From Escherichia phage mEpX1, in the sequence record NC_019709.1: a DNA stretch of 41,567 bases. One strand, given 5' to 3'. Both the position numbers and the translations under genes were made by a program. The notes under the pieces were generated by a model, which saw only the letters and a list, made by a program, of their open reading frames with translations, was not told the DNA's origin and did no database searches. Positions 18,299 to 27,299 of this stretch are shown here, in pieces. Position 1 is the first letter of the stretch. Each line of letters opens with the position of its first letter.

Positions 18299-18936
18299 TG
18301 GCCGAATTTGGCGCGATGATATTAATGGACAACGGGAACCCATTTGTAACGCCCCAGTCAACGCCTTTTTGTCTTTACGGCAAGTACACTTTCAACTCCT
18401 CTGCTAATGGCAGTTCGCAGCAGGTTGCTCAGAATATTGCATTAAATGCTGACTACCCTGTGATGGTATTTATCAGGACCACAAATACCGCCCAGCCCAC
18501 GCCAGTAATATCTTACCGGAACGGCGGAAATATATATGTCGCGGGGGTTAATCCCTATAACCAGAGCTTCACGTTAACCGCATATATTTTTGCCATATTT
18601 CCCCAGACGTTACCGAAATGGGGGATGGCCATCTGGGATTCGAGCGGGAAGCTGGTACTCACTAATGAGTCCCGCGTGCTGTCAGACTTGCAGACAATCG
18701 GAACGCCTGGAGCAAACGGCGGGATTAACATTGACCAGACGCTTGATGGTTCATGGGCAGTGGCTCCATCAAGGCTGGGGCAAGTGAACAGAAACGACGC
18801 TTACTCATCTTGTAGGTATTCAGGCACAAGTACAAGAATAAACGCCGGTACAGCCGCAAATACACCTGGCGGTGCTGGAGGGGTGATAAATAATGGAATT
18901 ATCCTGACAGCAATTAAAACAGACGCCTATGATTGA
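18298..18936 (+). CDS. Hypothetical protein (possible tail-tip accessory)
   Basis: 212-aa ORF; start overlaps upstream stop (ATAATG); Gly/Asn-rich C-terminus. Confidence 0.5.
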   Translation: MAEFGAMILMDNGNPFVTPQSTPFCLYGKYTFNSSANGSSQQVAQNIALNADYPVMVFIRTTNTAQPTPVISYRNGGNIYVAGVNPYNQSFTLTAYIFAIFPQTLPKWGMAIWDSSGKLVLTNESRVLSDLQTIGTPGANGGINIDQTLDGSWAVAPSRLGQVNRNDAYSSCRYSGTSTRINAGTAANTPGGAGGVINNGIILTAIKTDAYD

Positions 18937-19043
18937 TTGTTTTGAGCGATCAATAACAAATAATTTATCTATCTAATCAATTATATCCATCGATTATGTA
19001 TTGGTATCTTCGAAGCTACTGAATACCTCTGGATACTATCAAA

Positions 19044-19277
19044 ATGAAAAGGCTAATTATCTGCATAGCGGGCGCTTTAATGCTGTCTGGTTGCGCTGGT
19101 GTACTTGAGAAACAGAAACCGATTTGCAGCGGCACGGCATATATGGGTGGCCATGAGAATACCGTTATGATTTACGCCGTTCGAAAGCAAAACAACCAGA
19201 CGCAATACCGGGCCGGATATCCCTTTAACTGGCGCTGGGTAAGTGCGAACACATTCACAAGCACGACATGTAAATAA
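19044..19277 (+). CDS. Small lipoprotein (moron; possibly Cor-like)
   Basis: 77 aa; signal peptide with lipobox L-S-G-C; AT-rich island between J-associated genes and tail fibre; terminator-like hairpin downstream. Confidence 0.5.
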   Translation: MKRLIICIAGALMLSGCAGVLEKQKPICSGTAYMGGHENTVMIYAVRKQNNQTQYRAGYPFNWRWVSANTFTSTTCK

Positions 19278-19296
19278 CTCATGATTTTCAATGCAA

Positions 19297-19319
19297 ACCT
19301 CGCCTCGGCGGGGTTTTTT
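19297..19319 (+). terminator. GC-rich hairpin plus T-run after lipoprotein gene
   Basis: cctcgcctcggcgggg followed by tttttt. Confidence 0.4.
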
Positions 19320-19335
19320 ATTGCCTGGAGAAAAT

Positions 19336-20553
19336 ATGCTTTATAACACTGGAACCATCGCCATTAACGGAAACAGCGCCACCGGCACGGGCACGAACTG
19401 GACGGCACCCGCCAGCCAGGTTCGCGCTGGCCAGACGATTATCGTGATGTCTAACCCGGTTCAGATGTTCCAGATTTCATCCGTGAACAGCGCCACGTCA
19501 ATGACGGTAACGCCTGCTGCATCACCGGCGCTGAGCGGCCAGAAATACGGGATTCTGATTACTGACAGCCTGTCAGTTGATGGGCTGGCTCAGAGCATTT
19601 CTCAGCTGATAAAAGAATACGATGAGAATATTGGGGCATGGGAATCTTTTGCCACTACCTCAGCAAACCAGAACATCACCGTTACCATCAATGGCACCCC
19701 TGTAACGATCCCCGGCATCGGCAAATTACTGCAGAAAGGGACAAATGGTGCACTGGCCGTAAAGGACGGCGGTACCGGCGCAACGAATGCTGCCGACGCT
19801 CGCACAAACCTCGGTTTAGACAAAACGGTAAGTACCGAAGGAGACCAGTCCATTTCAGGAGTGAAAAACTTCACTGGCACTTTCAAAATCACAGCAAACT
19901 ATCCGCAAGTCACTTTATGGGCTACATCCAAGCCAAACGGCACTTATGGCAGGGTAGTTACTTTTGGTAACGATGGCAATAAAGCATTCATTGCTGCAAG
20001 GCAATGGGAGGGCGGTAACAACACATGCGTGACCTATCTGCCCGCTTTTAAGGATGGATATTTCACATTCTGGACAACCTCAAACACGACAGTAACCTCT
20101 GATGGGACCATCAAGCAGGCGTCCCCCATTGCCAGAATCGTCAAGTCTGAGCAAGAGAATCAGCGAGCGGATGTTGGGGATGATGGATTCACGTGGTGCG
20201 GTTGCGGCACGTCTAACGCGGAGGCTGAGGGAGTATCCATTTCTCGCCTTGACGTAGGTGTTTACGTGATCACCGGCTCTGCAGGGCTGGCTTCCGAGGG
20301 CTGGCAATTACTACCACCGATGGACCCCGGCGGCATGGGGGAGTTGGGTATAGTCGAGGCAGAGCAAACCGACAACGGCGAGCTGACAATCCGCCTGTTT
20401 AGGCGCAAATATATTCTGAGCGATGAAGGAGAGATCGTCAAATCGAAAGGTGAACCGATGGACGTGCCGGCGAACAGCTGGATCGATGTTCGCCTTGGTA
20501 TGCCTGACGATTCCCTGTTTAACCAGCGGATGAGTCAGGATCCTCAGAAATAG
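19336..20553 (+). CDS. Side tail fibre protein (constant part plus currently expressed variable part)
   Basis: 405 aa from ATG 19336 (SD ggag); Gly/Thr/Asn-rich fibre-like composition; a gix-like crossover site lies in-frame at 19806-19817. Confidence 0.8.
   Translation: MLYNTGTIAINGNSATGTGTNWTAPASQVRAGQTIIVMSNPVQMFQISSVNSATSMTVTPAASPALSGQKYGILITDSLSVDGLAQSISQLIKEYDENIGAWESFATTSANQNITVTINGTPVTIPGIGKLLQKGTNGALAVKDGGTGATNAADARTNLGLDKTVSTEGDQSISGVKNFTGTFKITANYPQVTLWATSKPNGTYGRVVTFGNDGNKAFIAARQWEGGNNTCVTYLPAFKDGYFTFWTTSNTTVTSDGTIKQASPIARIVKSEQENQRADVGDDGFTWCGCGTSNAEAEGVSISRLDVGVYVITGSAGLASEGWQLLPPMDPGGMGELGIVEAEQTDNGELTIRLFRRKYILSDEGEIVKSKGEPMDVPANSWIDVRLGMPDDSLFNQRMSQDPQK
19799..19824. repeat. 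Invertase crossover site, left (gix/hix-like)
   Basis: Near-palindrome caaacc-tc-ggttta inside the fibre gene; matches the AAACC-NN-GGTTT core of Gin/Hin sites as I recall them. Confidence 0.6.
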
Positions 20554-21311
20554 TGGAACGCTGATTCCAGATGCTGTTCTGCGGCATCTGGACACGTACA
20601 GAAATATACTGGTCATATGGAATATCTACCGGATCGCCATCGTTGATACCCTGCAGTTCGTTCCTGGCAAATGCTGGCGCTCCAGGATGTGTGCGGTGAT
20701 AGGTTTTCACCAGCACCGAGCCATCTGCGTTGACCTCATAATCCAGCCAGATAAGCGGTTGCTTGTTGCGGTCGGTGGGGATGTCAAAACCGCCATTGAT
20801 GCCGCCCCAGGCCGCGTCAGAGTTAAGCCCCTCACAGCCTTCTACCAGAATTCACCTGTGGTCAGACGCGTTACGTTGCAGCCCTCCGATTCTTCATTGG
20901 TATGGTATGAGCCATCAGAAAAAACCTTTACCACAGGCGATGCGGCTTTTAGTGTGCCATCACTGGCCTTGGTCGTATTGCCGGTGGTGTATGCCTGCAC
21001 CCAGGAGGACCATTTAGATAGTGCCATACCCCTAGCGGCAATCCTGCCGTCAGAACTAATCTGAAGCTGACCAACGCTACCATTTCCATCTGAACCTCCA
21101 GTACGAGTCATGGCCAGAATGCCCGCGTACTGATCGAACCAGTTAACCCCCGTGCTACCACCACCGGATGAAAAGCCATTGTATTTAATCTCATTTGCAT
21201 CAGTGACGGCTGATGCGTTCAAATAGGTGGAACCAATACCAAAAGCCCCTACCTGAATTACGTTCCCCGCTAAAGAACCTACGTCCCTGATAGCACTACT
21301 TCCCAAACCGA
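19811..21311. other. Invertible DNA segment carrying alternative tail-fibre C-terminal regions
   Basis: Bounded by inverted crossover sites with identical central TC; convergent fibre coding regions overlap at 20519-20553; serine invertase gene adjacent. Confidence 0.6.
20519..20850 (-). CDS. C-terminal domain of the alternative fibre in a shifted frame
   Basis: Minus-strand frame offset -1 from Sv' encodes a domain homologous to the plus-strand fibre C-terminus (shared ...R-[VL]-x-MP-x-x-S-[LI]-[FW]-NQR... ending); Sv' hits a TAG at 20842-20844 where the other orientation reads through. Confidence 0.4.
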
Positions 21312-21317
21312 CATTTT
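20842..21317 (-). CDS. Alternative tail-fibre variable segment (Sv'), promoterless in this orientation
   Basis: Minus-strand frame opens right after the right crossover site; shares a TT-[GS]-NTT...SDGT-[IL]-K-x-ASP block with the plus-strand fibre; inversion would fuse it in-frame to the constant part. Confidence 0.6.
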
Positions 21318-21323
21318 ATAGAT
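21298..21323. repeat. Invertase crossover site, right (degenerate half-site)
   Basis: Minus strand reads aaaatg-tc-ggtttg, sharing TCGGTTT with the left site in inverted orientation. Confidence 0.5.
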
Positions 21324-21379
21324 TGCTCTTGAGTAGCCTGGCCGATAACTTCACCTGATTTTTTTGCAGAATTAACTGG

Positions 21380-21937
21380 GTGAAAAATATGCAAATTGGC
21401 TATGTAAGGGTGTCAACAAATGACCAAAATACAGATCTCCAGCGCCAAGCTCTCGAACGCGCAGGATGTGAACAGGTTTTTGAAGAAAAAATGAGCGGGA
21501 CGGTAGCGAACCGGCCAGCGCTCAAAAAGCTTCTGCGGACTCTGAATGCGGGCGATACACTGGTGGTGTGGAAGCTGGACAGGATAGGCCGCAACGTTCT
21601 GCATGCGCTGTTGATGTTCCAGCAGTTACAGGAAAAGGGTATCAACTTCCGCAGTATTACCGATGGCGTGGATCTCAAAACAGCCAGCGGCCGCTATAAC
21701 TTTCGTAACATCCTTTCCGCAGCACAATATGAATCTGATCTTAATAGCGAACGTACCTTAGCAGGGCTGGCCGTAGCCAGGGCAAAAGGGCGAGTTGGTG
21801 GTCGCAGGCCTAAGTTCACGGATGAGCAATGGCGGGAAATGGGGGAGCGGATGGCAACCGGTGAATCACGACAAAGCGTATCAAAAACGTATGGAGTAGG
21901 GCTCTCAACTCTGTATAAAAAGTTTCCAGCTAGCTAA
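21380..21937 (+). CDS. Serine DNA invertase (Hin/Gin/Pin/Cin family)
   Basis: 185 aa; N-terminal catalytic motif IGYVRVSTNDQ with nucleophile Ser, resolvase core, C-terminal HTH; adjacent to the invertible segment. Confidence 0.9.
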   Translation: MKNMQIGYVRVSTNDQNTDLQRQALERAGCEQVFEEKMSGTVANRPALKKLLRTLNAGDTLVVWKLDRIGRNVLHALLMFQQLQEKGINFRSITDGVDLKTASGRYNFRNILSAAQYESDLNSERTLAGLAVARAKGRVGGRRPKFTDEQWREMGERMATGESRQSVSKTYGVGLSTLYKKFPAS

Positions 21938-22260
21938 TAACGGGAAAGAAACAGAGAAGGGCACAAATATTGTGTACTTTAATGTGCCCTTTAATTTATT
22001 GATTGGTGGTTGAATTGTCCGTAACTTTTTGATTTAAGTGCAAATTTCTAATAAATTAGAACACTTTCTTAAATTGTCATTTGGCATATTACGAACAATT
22101 CCGCGTAAAAACGTTCTGTTACGCTAAACCCTTATCCAGCAGGCTTTCAAGGATGTAAACCATAACACTCTGCGAACTAGTGTTACATTGCGTGTAGCTT
22201 TGAGTGGGCAACTTTGTGTACACTTTTGTGTACCCAAAAACAAAAATGTGTACCCATTCA
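21938..22260. other. Probable attP region with repeated TGTGTAC motifs
   Basis: AT-rich noncoding stretch between invertase and integrase; TGTGTAC occurs at about 21971, 22216, 22227 and 22247. Confidence 0.4.
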
Positions 22261-23454
22261 ATGATCACAGACACAAAGCTCAGGAAGGCGCTCGGCAAGA
22301 AAAGAGATAATATCGAGATTATTTCTGATTCGCACGGGCTCAACGCCAGAATCAGCCAGGCCGGAAAAATATCATTTTTCTATCGGTATCGCTGGGCCGG
22401 TAAAGCGGTAAAACTCAATGTTGGTGATTATCCTGCAATGAGTATCACCCAGGCAAGAGAGCGTCGCCAACAATTCAGAAACTGGTTAACTGAGGGACTG
22501 GATCCGCGAGAGCAGGTGAAGCTGGATAAGCAGACCCGACAGGAAGCGATGTCCGTTGCCGAAGCGTTCAATTACTGGATTGAAAGGCACTGTATCGCTA
22601 ACGGGCTAGTTAAAGTCGATTACTATCGCCAGGTGTTTGAGAAACATATCGCCGAACCGATGAAGAATGTCAAAGTCGATAACACAGCGAAAATGCACTG
22701 GATCAACGTCTTCGATTCTATAGAAAGCAGGGTGATGGCTCATTACATGCTTTCGCTGTGCAAACGGGCGTTTAGGTTCTGCGTTAACAGAAGTGTGATC
22801 GCCTCAAACCCACTCGAGGGATTACTGCCATCTGATGTCGGGCAAAAGCCTAAAAAGAGAACTCGCAGGATGGACGATGACGATCTGCGCAAAATCTATC
22901 AGTGGTTGAAAAGCCATATGTCGATAGAGTCCGTTTTCCTGGTGAAATTTATTATGCTTACCGGATGCCGTACGGCTGAGATTCGACTTAGTGAGAGATC
23001 ATGGTTTCGATTGGATGATAATGAGTGGGTCGTGCCTGCGGGCAGTTATAAAACTCGGATACATATTAGAAGGGGACTCTCAGACGCCGCCGTTAACCTG
23101 GTCAGAAATCACCTCAAGAAAATAAACACCAATCACCTGGTGACTTCACAACGTAAAATTGATGGCGGGATCAAAGATTCGCCCGTTCATTCACCTGTGG
23201 CATCCAATTACGCCCGTTCTATTTGGAATGGAACAGGTATGGCAGAGTGGTCGCTTCATGATATGAGGCGGACGATAGCCACAAATCTCTCTGAGTTAGG
23301 TTGCCCGCCGCATGTAATTGAAAAGCTGCTCGGGCATCAGATGGTGGGGGTTATGGCGCATTACAACCTTCATGACTATATCGATGATCAGAAACACTGG
23401 CTCCGCGTTTGGCAGAGCCATCTTGAAGAGATCATCGGAGAGCCCTTCAGTTAA
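22204..23454 (+). CDS. int: Tyrosine integrase
   Basis: C-terminal catalytic region with LHDMRRT and HxxxxxxxHY motifs; probable true start ATG 22261 ([11 protein letters not shown]). Confidence 0.85.
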   Translation: MGNFVYTFVYPKTKMCTHSMITDTKLRKALGKKRDNIEIISDSHGLNARISQAGKISFFYRYRWAGKAVKLNVGDYPAMSITQARERRQQFRNWLTEGLDPREQVKLDKQTRQEAMSVAEAFNYWIERHCIANGLVKVDYYRQVFEKHIAEPMKNVKVDNTAKMHWINVFDSIESRVMAHYMLSLCKRAFRFCVNRSVIASNPLEGLLPSDVGQKPKKRTRRMDDDDLRKIYQWLKSHMSIESVFLVKFIMLTGCRTAEIRLSERSWFRLDDNEWVVPAGSYKTRIHIRRGLSDAAVNLVRNHLKKINTNHLVTSQRKIDGGIKDSPVHSPVASNYARSIWNGTGMAEWSLHDMRRTIATNLSELGCPPHVIEKLLGHQMVGVMAHYNLHDYIDDQKHWLRVWQSHLEEIIGEPFS

Positions 23455-23648
23455 TTTATCTTCTTTTTATCCTCCCACTCTTTGATTGACTCAGAGCGCC
23501 AGCGGTTAGGGTTGCCGGGCCAGTCAGGGGGTGGGAACGGGCATACGAAGCCCCGAGGCATTGTGTCTGCACTTTGCCATGACCAAAGGGTTTTGCGTGA
23601 AATTTTGTAGCGACTGGTCAGGTCTGACGTTACCAAAATATCATCCAT
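23451..23648 (-). CDS. xis: Excisionase / AlpA-family DNA-binding protein
   Basis: ~65 aa from [24 protein letters not shown]; small HTH protein immediately after int on the opposite strand. Confidence 0.55.
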   Translation of the reverse strand: MDDILVTSDLTSRYKISRKTLWSWQSADTMPRGFVCPFPPPDWPGNPNRWRSESIKEWEDKKKIN

Positions 23649-23689
23649 AGCTCTCTCCAGTTGCCCGTTCGGGCCATTCAAAATCTTTA

Positions 23690-24145
23690 TCAACCAACCT
23701 GTCCGGGCAGGGAGCGGAGACGGCGCTGTGCATCCCACAACAGGAACTGCATATCAGCCCACTCGCTGAGATCGTCAGGTTCGGCTGCGGCTTCCAGCTC
23801 AACGCGCAACTTCCCTACCGTTAGCGCAATATCCTCGTTCTCCTGATCGCGGCGTTTTATGTATTGCTGGTTTCTTTCCCGTTCATCCAGCAGCGCCAAG
23901 ACGGTAGCCGGATTGGCTGCGGCGATGAATTCAGCATTGGCCTGCTGTTCCATTTGGAAATCTTCATCGAAACCGCTTTCTGGATGCGCTCCTTCAATTC
24001 TGCAAATAGGAATATATCCAGCAACTTCACGGTGAATTAGCGCATCATCACCATTAAATCGGCCCTTTCCATATTCGAGCGACCACTCACCACACGTTGC
24101 TTTTTCTGCCGCTTCACGCAGTGCCTGATAGTCAATTTTGCTCAC
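23690..24145 (-). CDS. Hypothetical early-left accessory protein (ea22-like position)
   Basis: 151-aa acidic ORF in the leftward operon. Confidence 0.4.
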   Translation of the reverse strand: MSKIDYQALREAAEKATCGEWSLEYGKGRFNGDDALIHREVAGYIPICRIEGAHPESGFDEDFQMEQQANAEFIAAANPATVLALLDERERNQQYIKRRDQENEDIALTVGKLRVELEAAAEPDDLSEWADMQFLLWDAQRRLRSLPGQVG

Positions 24146-24642
24146 TGGTTGCCTCCTTTGCGAAGCTGGTCGGCGAACAAACGTACACTAGACGCTTCAC
24201 TGCGTAGAAACTTAACGGCATAATCAAAACCACCTCGTTCTGCGTCGTCTGCTCCGTTGTCGAGGTTATCTGCGTACATCTCTACCCCCTGCGCCCGTAC
24301 TTCAGCCAGGAAAGCATCGGTGGCTGGAGTTTCAGTAACATCATCTTCCCATTCGCTAAACTCCTCACGACAAAAGTCATTAAATTCCTTCTCAGATTGC
24401 TTAAACGAGGTATTTTCAGCAGCCATCTTCGCGCATTTAGCCTCAAGGTTATCAATCGTGATTCCAGCAGAACGACACTCCCGCAACGCCGTTTCCAGTT
24501 TTGATTCAAGTTCACCGAACTTACGGACAAGGTATTCAGCGTTTGTTTCGTTAACCTTTAAATCTCGTGGGATGCATTTACCTTTCAGAAATCCATCCAT
24601 CTCAATTAGTGACATTTGTTTCATTTCTTCCCACTCCGCCAC
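24142..24642 (-). CDS. Hypothetical protein
   Basis: 166-aa acidic ORF, stop/start overlap with neighbour. Confidence 0.45.
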   Translation of the reverse strand: MAEWEEMKQMSLIEMDGFLKGKCIPRDLKVNETNAEYLVRKFGELESKLETALRECRSAGITIDNLEAKCAKMAAENTSFKQSEKEFNDFCREEFSEWEDDVTETPATDAFLAEVRAQGVEMYADNLDNGADDAERGGFDYAVKFLRSEASSVRLFADQLRKGGNQ

Positions 24643-24801
24643 ATCGCATTCAGATATTTGTTGTCATTAACAGAACCGAAACTATTTCTTTTAAGCAATT
24701 CCTCTCTCGATGGCATTGGCTTTACGCGTTGGCGAATAATCATTTCTGCCGGAAGAATGCCGGGATTGTATGCAAGTCCTCTCATGGTAAATTCCTCTTT
24801 G

Positions 24802-25116
24802 TTAATTTATTCGTATGCCTGCTCTTTCTTCATCGAGTTTTTTTAGCTTGTATCGCATAGCTCTTACTGAATAAATTGAGCGGCAGGTTGCAATTGCTAT
24901 TTCTTCTGCGGAGAACTTACCGAAAAGTGATACTTCGGCTCTTGTCCATCGTCTTCCACGAAGTCGGCTAACAATGTCAGCGCCAATCCTTGTTGCTTTC
25001 GCCATTACTGCTTTTTCAGTCCTTTCCAGTTTTTCAGCGATAACTTCAACTGGCATTGTCGCCGCTACTTCGCGCAAGAAATCGACTTCCCATTTCTCCC
25101 ATGGAGTCTTTTTCAT
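24802..25116 (-). CDS. Hypothetical protein with two internal helix-turn-helix-like repeats
   Basis: 104 aa; two similar W-x-x-x-E-V...EEIA...R-x-x-x-x-V segments. Confidence 0.45.
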   Translation of the reverse strand: MKKTPWEKWEVDFLREVAATMPVEVIAEKLERTEKAVMAKATRIGADIVSRLRGRRWTRAEVSLFGKFSAEEIAIATCRSIYSVRAMRYKLKKLDEERAGIRIN

Positions 25117-25127
25117 AGGCGATACCG

Positions 25128-25616
25128 TTATTTGATAAGAAGTGAAGGTTTCCCAACCTTGAGTTGAGCGCCGGGGATATTTATTCCTGCTTTTAGTTGG
25201 TGCTTGATTGCCAACTTGTCGGCTTTAATTGTCGTTTCAAACTCAACGTATTCTTGAGGAATGGCGCTTGAGTCGATGATTTCTACAGTTTCTGACGGTT
25301 TGCGGATTGTTACCTGGTGGATACCTGCTCTAATCTTTTTCTTGCCAACCATTTCAAGCGATGACGCTATATACGCCATAATGCTGTCAATCTTATTTTG
25401 AATTACTGCTGCTCGTTCATTCAGTGACTTTGCCTCTTCCTTGAGGCGTTCAGCATAACCAGATTCATTTTTAATAATGGCAAGAAGTTGCTCTACTTTA
25501 TCGGTAAATTCTCCTTCCATGCCTTCTATTGTGTCAGCAATCATCTCTGGTTCTAAATCTGAATCCATCAATTTTGCGTATTCATTGGCAATTTCATACA
25601 GTTTGCTCACTGGCAA
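25128..25616 (-). CDS. Gp157-like protein
   Basis: 162-aa ORF immediately downstream of recT; recalled as a family that commonly accompanies RecT/Erf modules. Confidence 0.45.
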   Translation of the reverse strand: MPVSKLYEIANEYAKLMDSDLEPEMIADTIEGMEGEFTDKVEQLLAIIKNESGYAERLKEEAKSLNERAAVIQNKIDSIMAYIASSLEMVGKKKIRAGIHQVTIRKPSETVEIIDSSAIPQEYVEFETTIKADKLAIKHQLKAGINIPGAQLKVGKPSLLIK

Positions 25617-26505
25617 CCTCCAGTTTCGCTTTGCATTCTATGTAAATGGCTTGTACGTTCTGCTGCAATTTCATTCCAGATGTCAGGCGATATGCTTCTG
25701 CAAAATATCGCTTCAAATCATCCATGTTTTCTGCCTGAGCCATTTCATCGCAAAGAAGTTGTGCTTTATCCATTATTTCCTGCTGGCGTTTCCGTTCATC
25801 TTCGCGGATATCTTCCTCTGATTTGTGCGGCATAACTGGCTCAGTCCATACACCTTCTTCTTCGTTTAGTACGTGAATAGCACTATCAAGACGTGATGCC
25901 TTAGGCCAATACTTGCTTGCACGCTTTACGACCGTCTTTCGCGCCATCTCATTCCAGTGATTTACCCATGGTCCTTTATCGCTGAATGCTGCCTTGCTTG
26001 TTTTCCTTACAGCCTCAATTTCAGCCAGACTCATCTCTTCCGTTAGATAATCACCTGCTGGCGTCTTAACTGTGCAGTAAACACCAACGATATCGCCACG
26101 ATCACCGAAGGCGTTGTATTTATGGGTTGGTGCTTTATCAAGCCCGTTTGACTCATAGGTATCGTTAGCATGAACAAGTTTTGCCTGACCCCATGAGATA
26201 ACACCAGACTCCATTGCAATATGGAGCAATCCCATATAGCTGATATCAAGGCAAACCATGCCGTCGCGAGGAACCAGATAAGCCAGTTTGCTAGCCGGGT
26301 TTAAGGTGATACCGATCGCCGCAACATTGATGATGGCGTTCTGTGCGCTGGTTGGATTTGCCAGTGCTGTTTTAGCCAGGTAATCGTTTTTCTGGAAATA
26401 CTGAATTGCAAACTGGCTTTCCTTAGCCCATGTCACCGTCTGTTCAGTCAATGCTCCGCAGAATAACTGCTCTTGCTGTTTAACGAATTCAACGATATTG
26501 CTCAT
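25594..26505 (-). CDS. recT: RecT-family single-strand annealing protein
   Basis: 303 aa with RecT-like conserved blocks (NPTSAQNAIINVAAIGITLNP, AYLVPR); early-left operon position. Confidence 0.8.
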   Translation of the reverse strand: MSNIVEFVKQQEQLFCGALTEQTVTWAKESQFAIQYFQKNDYLAKTALANPTSAQNAIINVAAIGITLNPASKLAYLVPRDGMVCLDISYMGLLHIAMESGVISWGQAKLVHANDTYESNGLDKAPTHKYNAFGDRGDIVGVYCTVKTPAGDYLTEEMSLAEIEAVRKTSKAAFSDKGPWVNHWNEMARKTVVKRASKYWPKASRLDSAIHVLNEEEGVWTEPVMPHKSEEDIREDERKRQQEIMDKAQLLCDEMAQAENMDDLKRYFAEAYRLTSGMKLQQNVQAIYIECKAKLEVASEQTV

Positions 26506-26813
26506 GCAGCTTCTCCATAAATATGTCTGCGTTTGAATATTGCGAAGGCATATTCAGCCTTAACTCTTTCGGTTATTGCATCCCAGAACCATTCAGCGGC
26601 TTTTTCCTGATAGTTACAGTCATCATCTTCCAGCCAGTCGATAGCGTCCTTAGTGTGTTCATCTGGTTTATATGAGCGAAGCATTTCGCTTATTGGGTCG
26701 CAACGTTTGCAGAGGCGATCAACTTCACTGTTGATTCGCTCGTAATCTTCATCAGTAAAACTTGCGATTATTTGCGATATTTCACGCTTATCATTCAGAG
26801 TCAGAATCATCAT
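26502..26813 (-). CDS. Hypothetical protein
   Basis: 103-aa ORF coupled to recT start. Confidence 0.45.
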   Translation of the reverse strand: MMILTLNDKREISQIIASFTDEDYERINSEVDRLCKRCDPISEMLRSYKPDEHTKDAIDWLEDDDCNYQEKAAEWFWDAITERVKAEYAFAIFKRRHIYGEAA

Positions 26814-26894
26814 CTTTCTCCTGTTCTTTGTGCTGATTGAGCATTTTGTTCATCTGACGAATGAATTCTTCGTCTGACCAGTTATCTGCAAAAC

Positions 26895-27065
26895 TCATGG
26901 ACGTCCTTGTTGTTTCAAAATATCCCAAAGCTTTTCGAGCAAACTTTTCATTCTTGGTTGTTTAAAATCTGCTCCGGTTAAAATATTTTTTCGTGAATGC
27001 TGTACCGATAAAATCGGGTTGAAAGGGCGAACCGATGCCGCCCCTGCAATAGCGAACTGTTGCAT
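26895..27065 (-). CDS. cIII: CIII-like protein
   Basis: 57 aa from ATG 27065 (SD ggag); MQQFAIAG...KLWDILKQQGRP resembles lambda CIII MQYAIAG...LIDILNQPG as recalled. Confidence 0.6.
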   Translation of the reverse strand: MQQFAIAGAASVRPFNPILSVQHSRKNILTGADFKQPRMKSLLEKLWDILKQQGRP

Positions 27066-27299
27066 AGGATGCTCCTTCTGTTTGATTGCATAACGAAAAC
27101 GCCTCGAGTGAAGCGTTATTGGTATGCATATAAAAAGGCCCTCACACTGGAGGGCAAAGAAGATTTCCAATAATCAGAACAAGTCGGCTCCTGTTTAGTT
27201 ACGAGCGACATTGCTCCGTGTATTCACTCGTTGGAATGAATACACAGTGCTGTGTTTATTCTGTTGTTTATGCCAAAAATAAAGGCCGACTATGCGGCC

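Noticed and set aside
19291-19335. Upstream start (19291) for the tail fibre ORF
   Set aside because: This start lies inside the terminator-like hairpin and T-run; the ATG at 19336 has a proper SD (ggag) and is preferred.
20311-21064. ORFs 20311-20616 (-), 20080-20307 (-) and 20687-21064 (+) inside the invertible segment
   Set aside because: They overlap the two convergent fibre coding regions in other frames and have no protein-like composition.
21938-22260. Possible tRNA gene or fragment at the attachment site
   Set aside because: No acceptor-stem or T-arm-like structure recognisable by eye; cannot be supported without a tRNA search.
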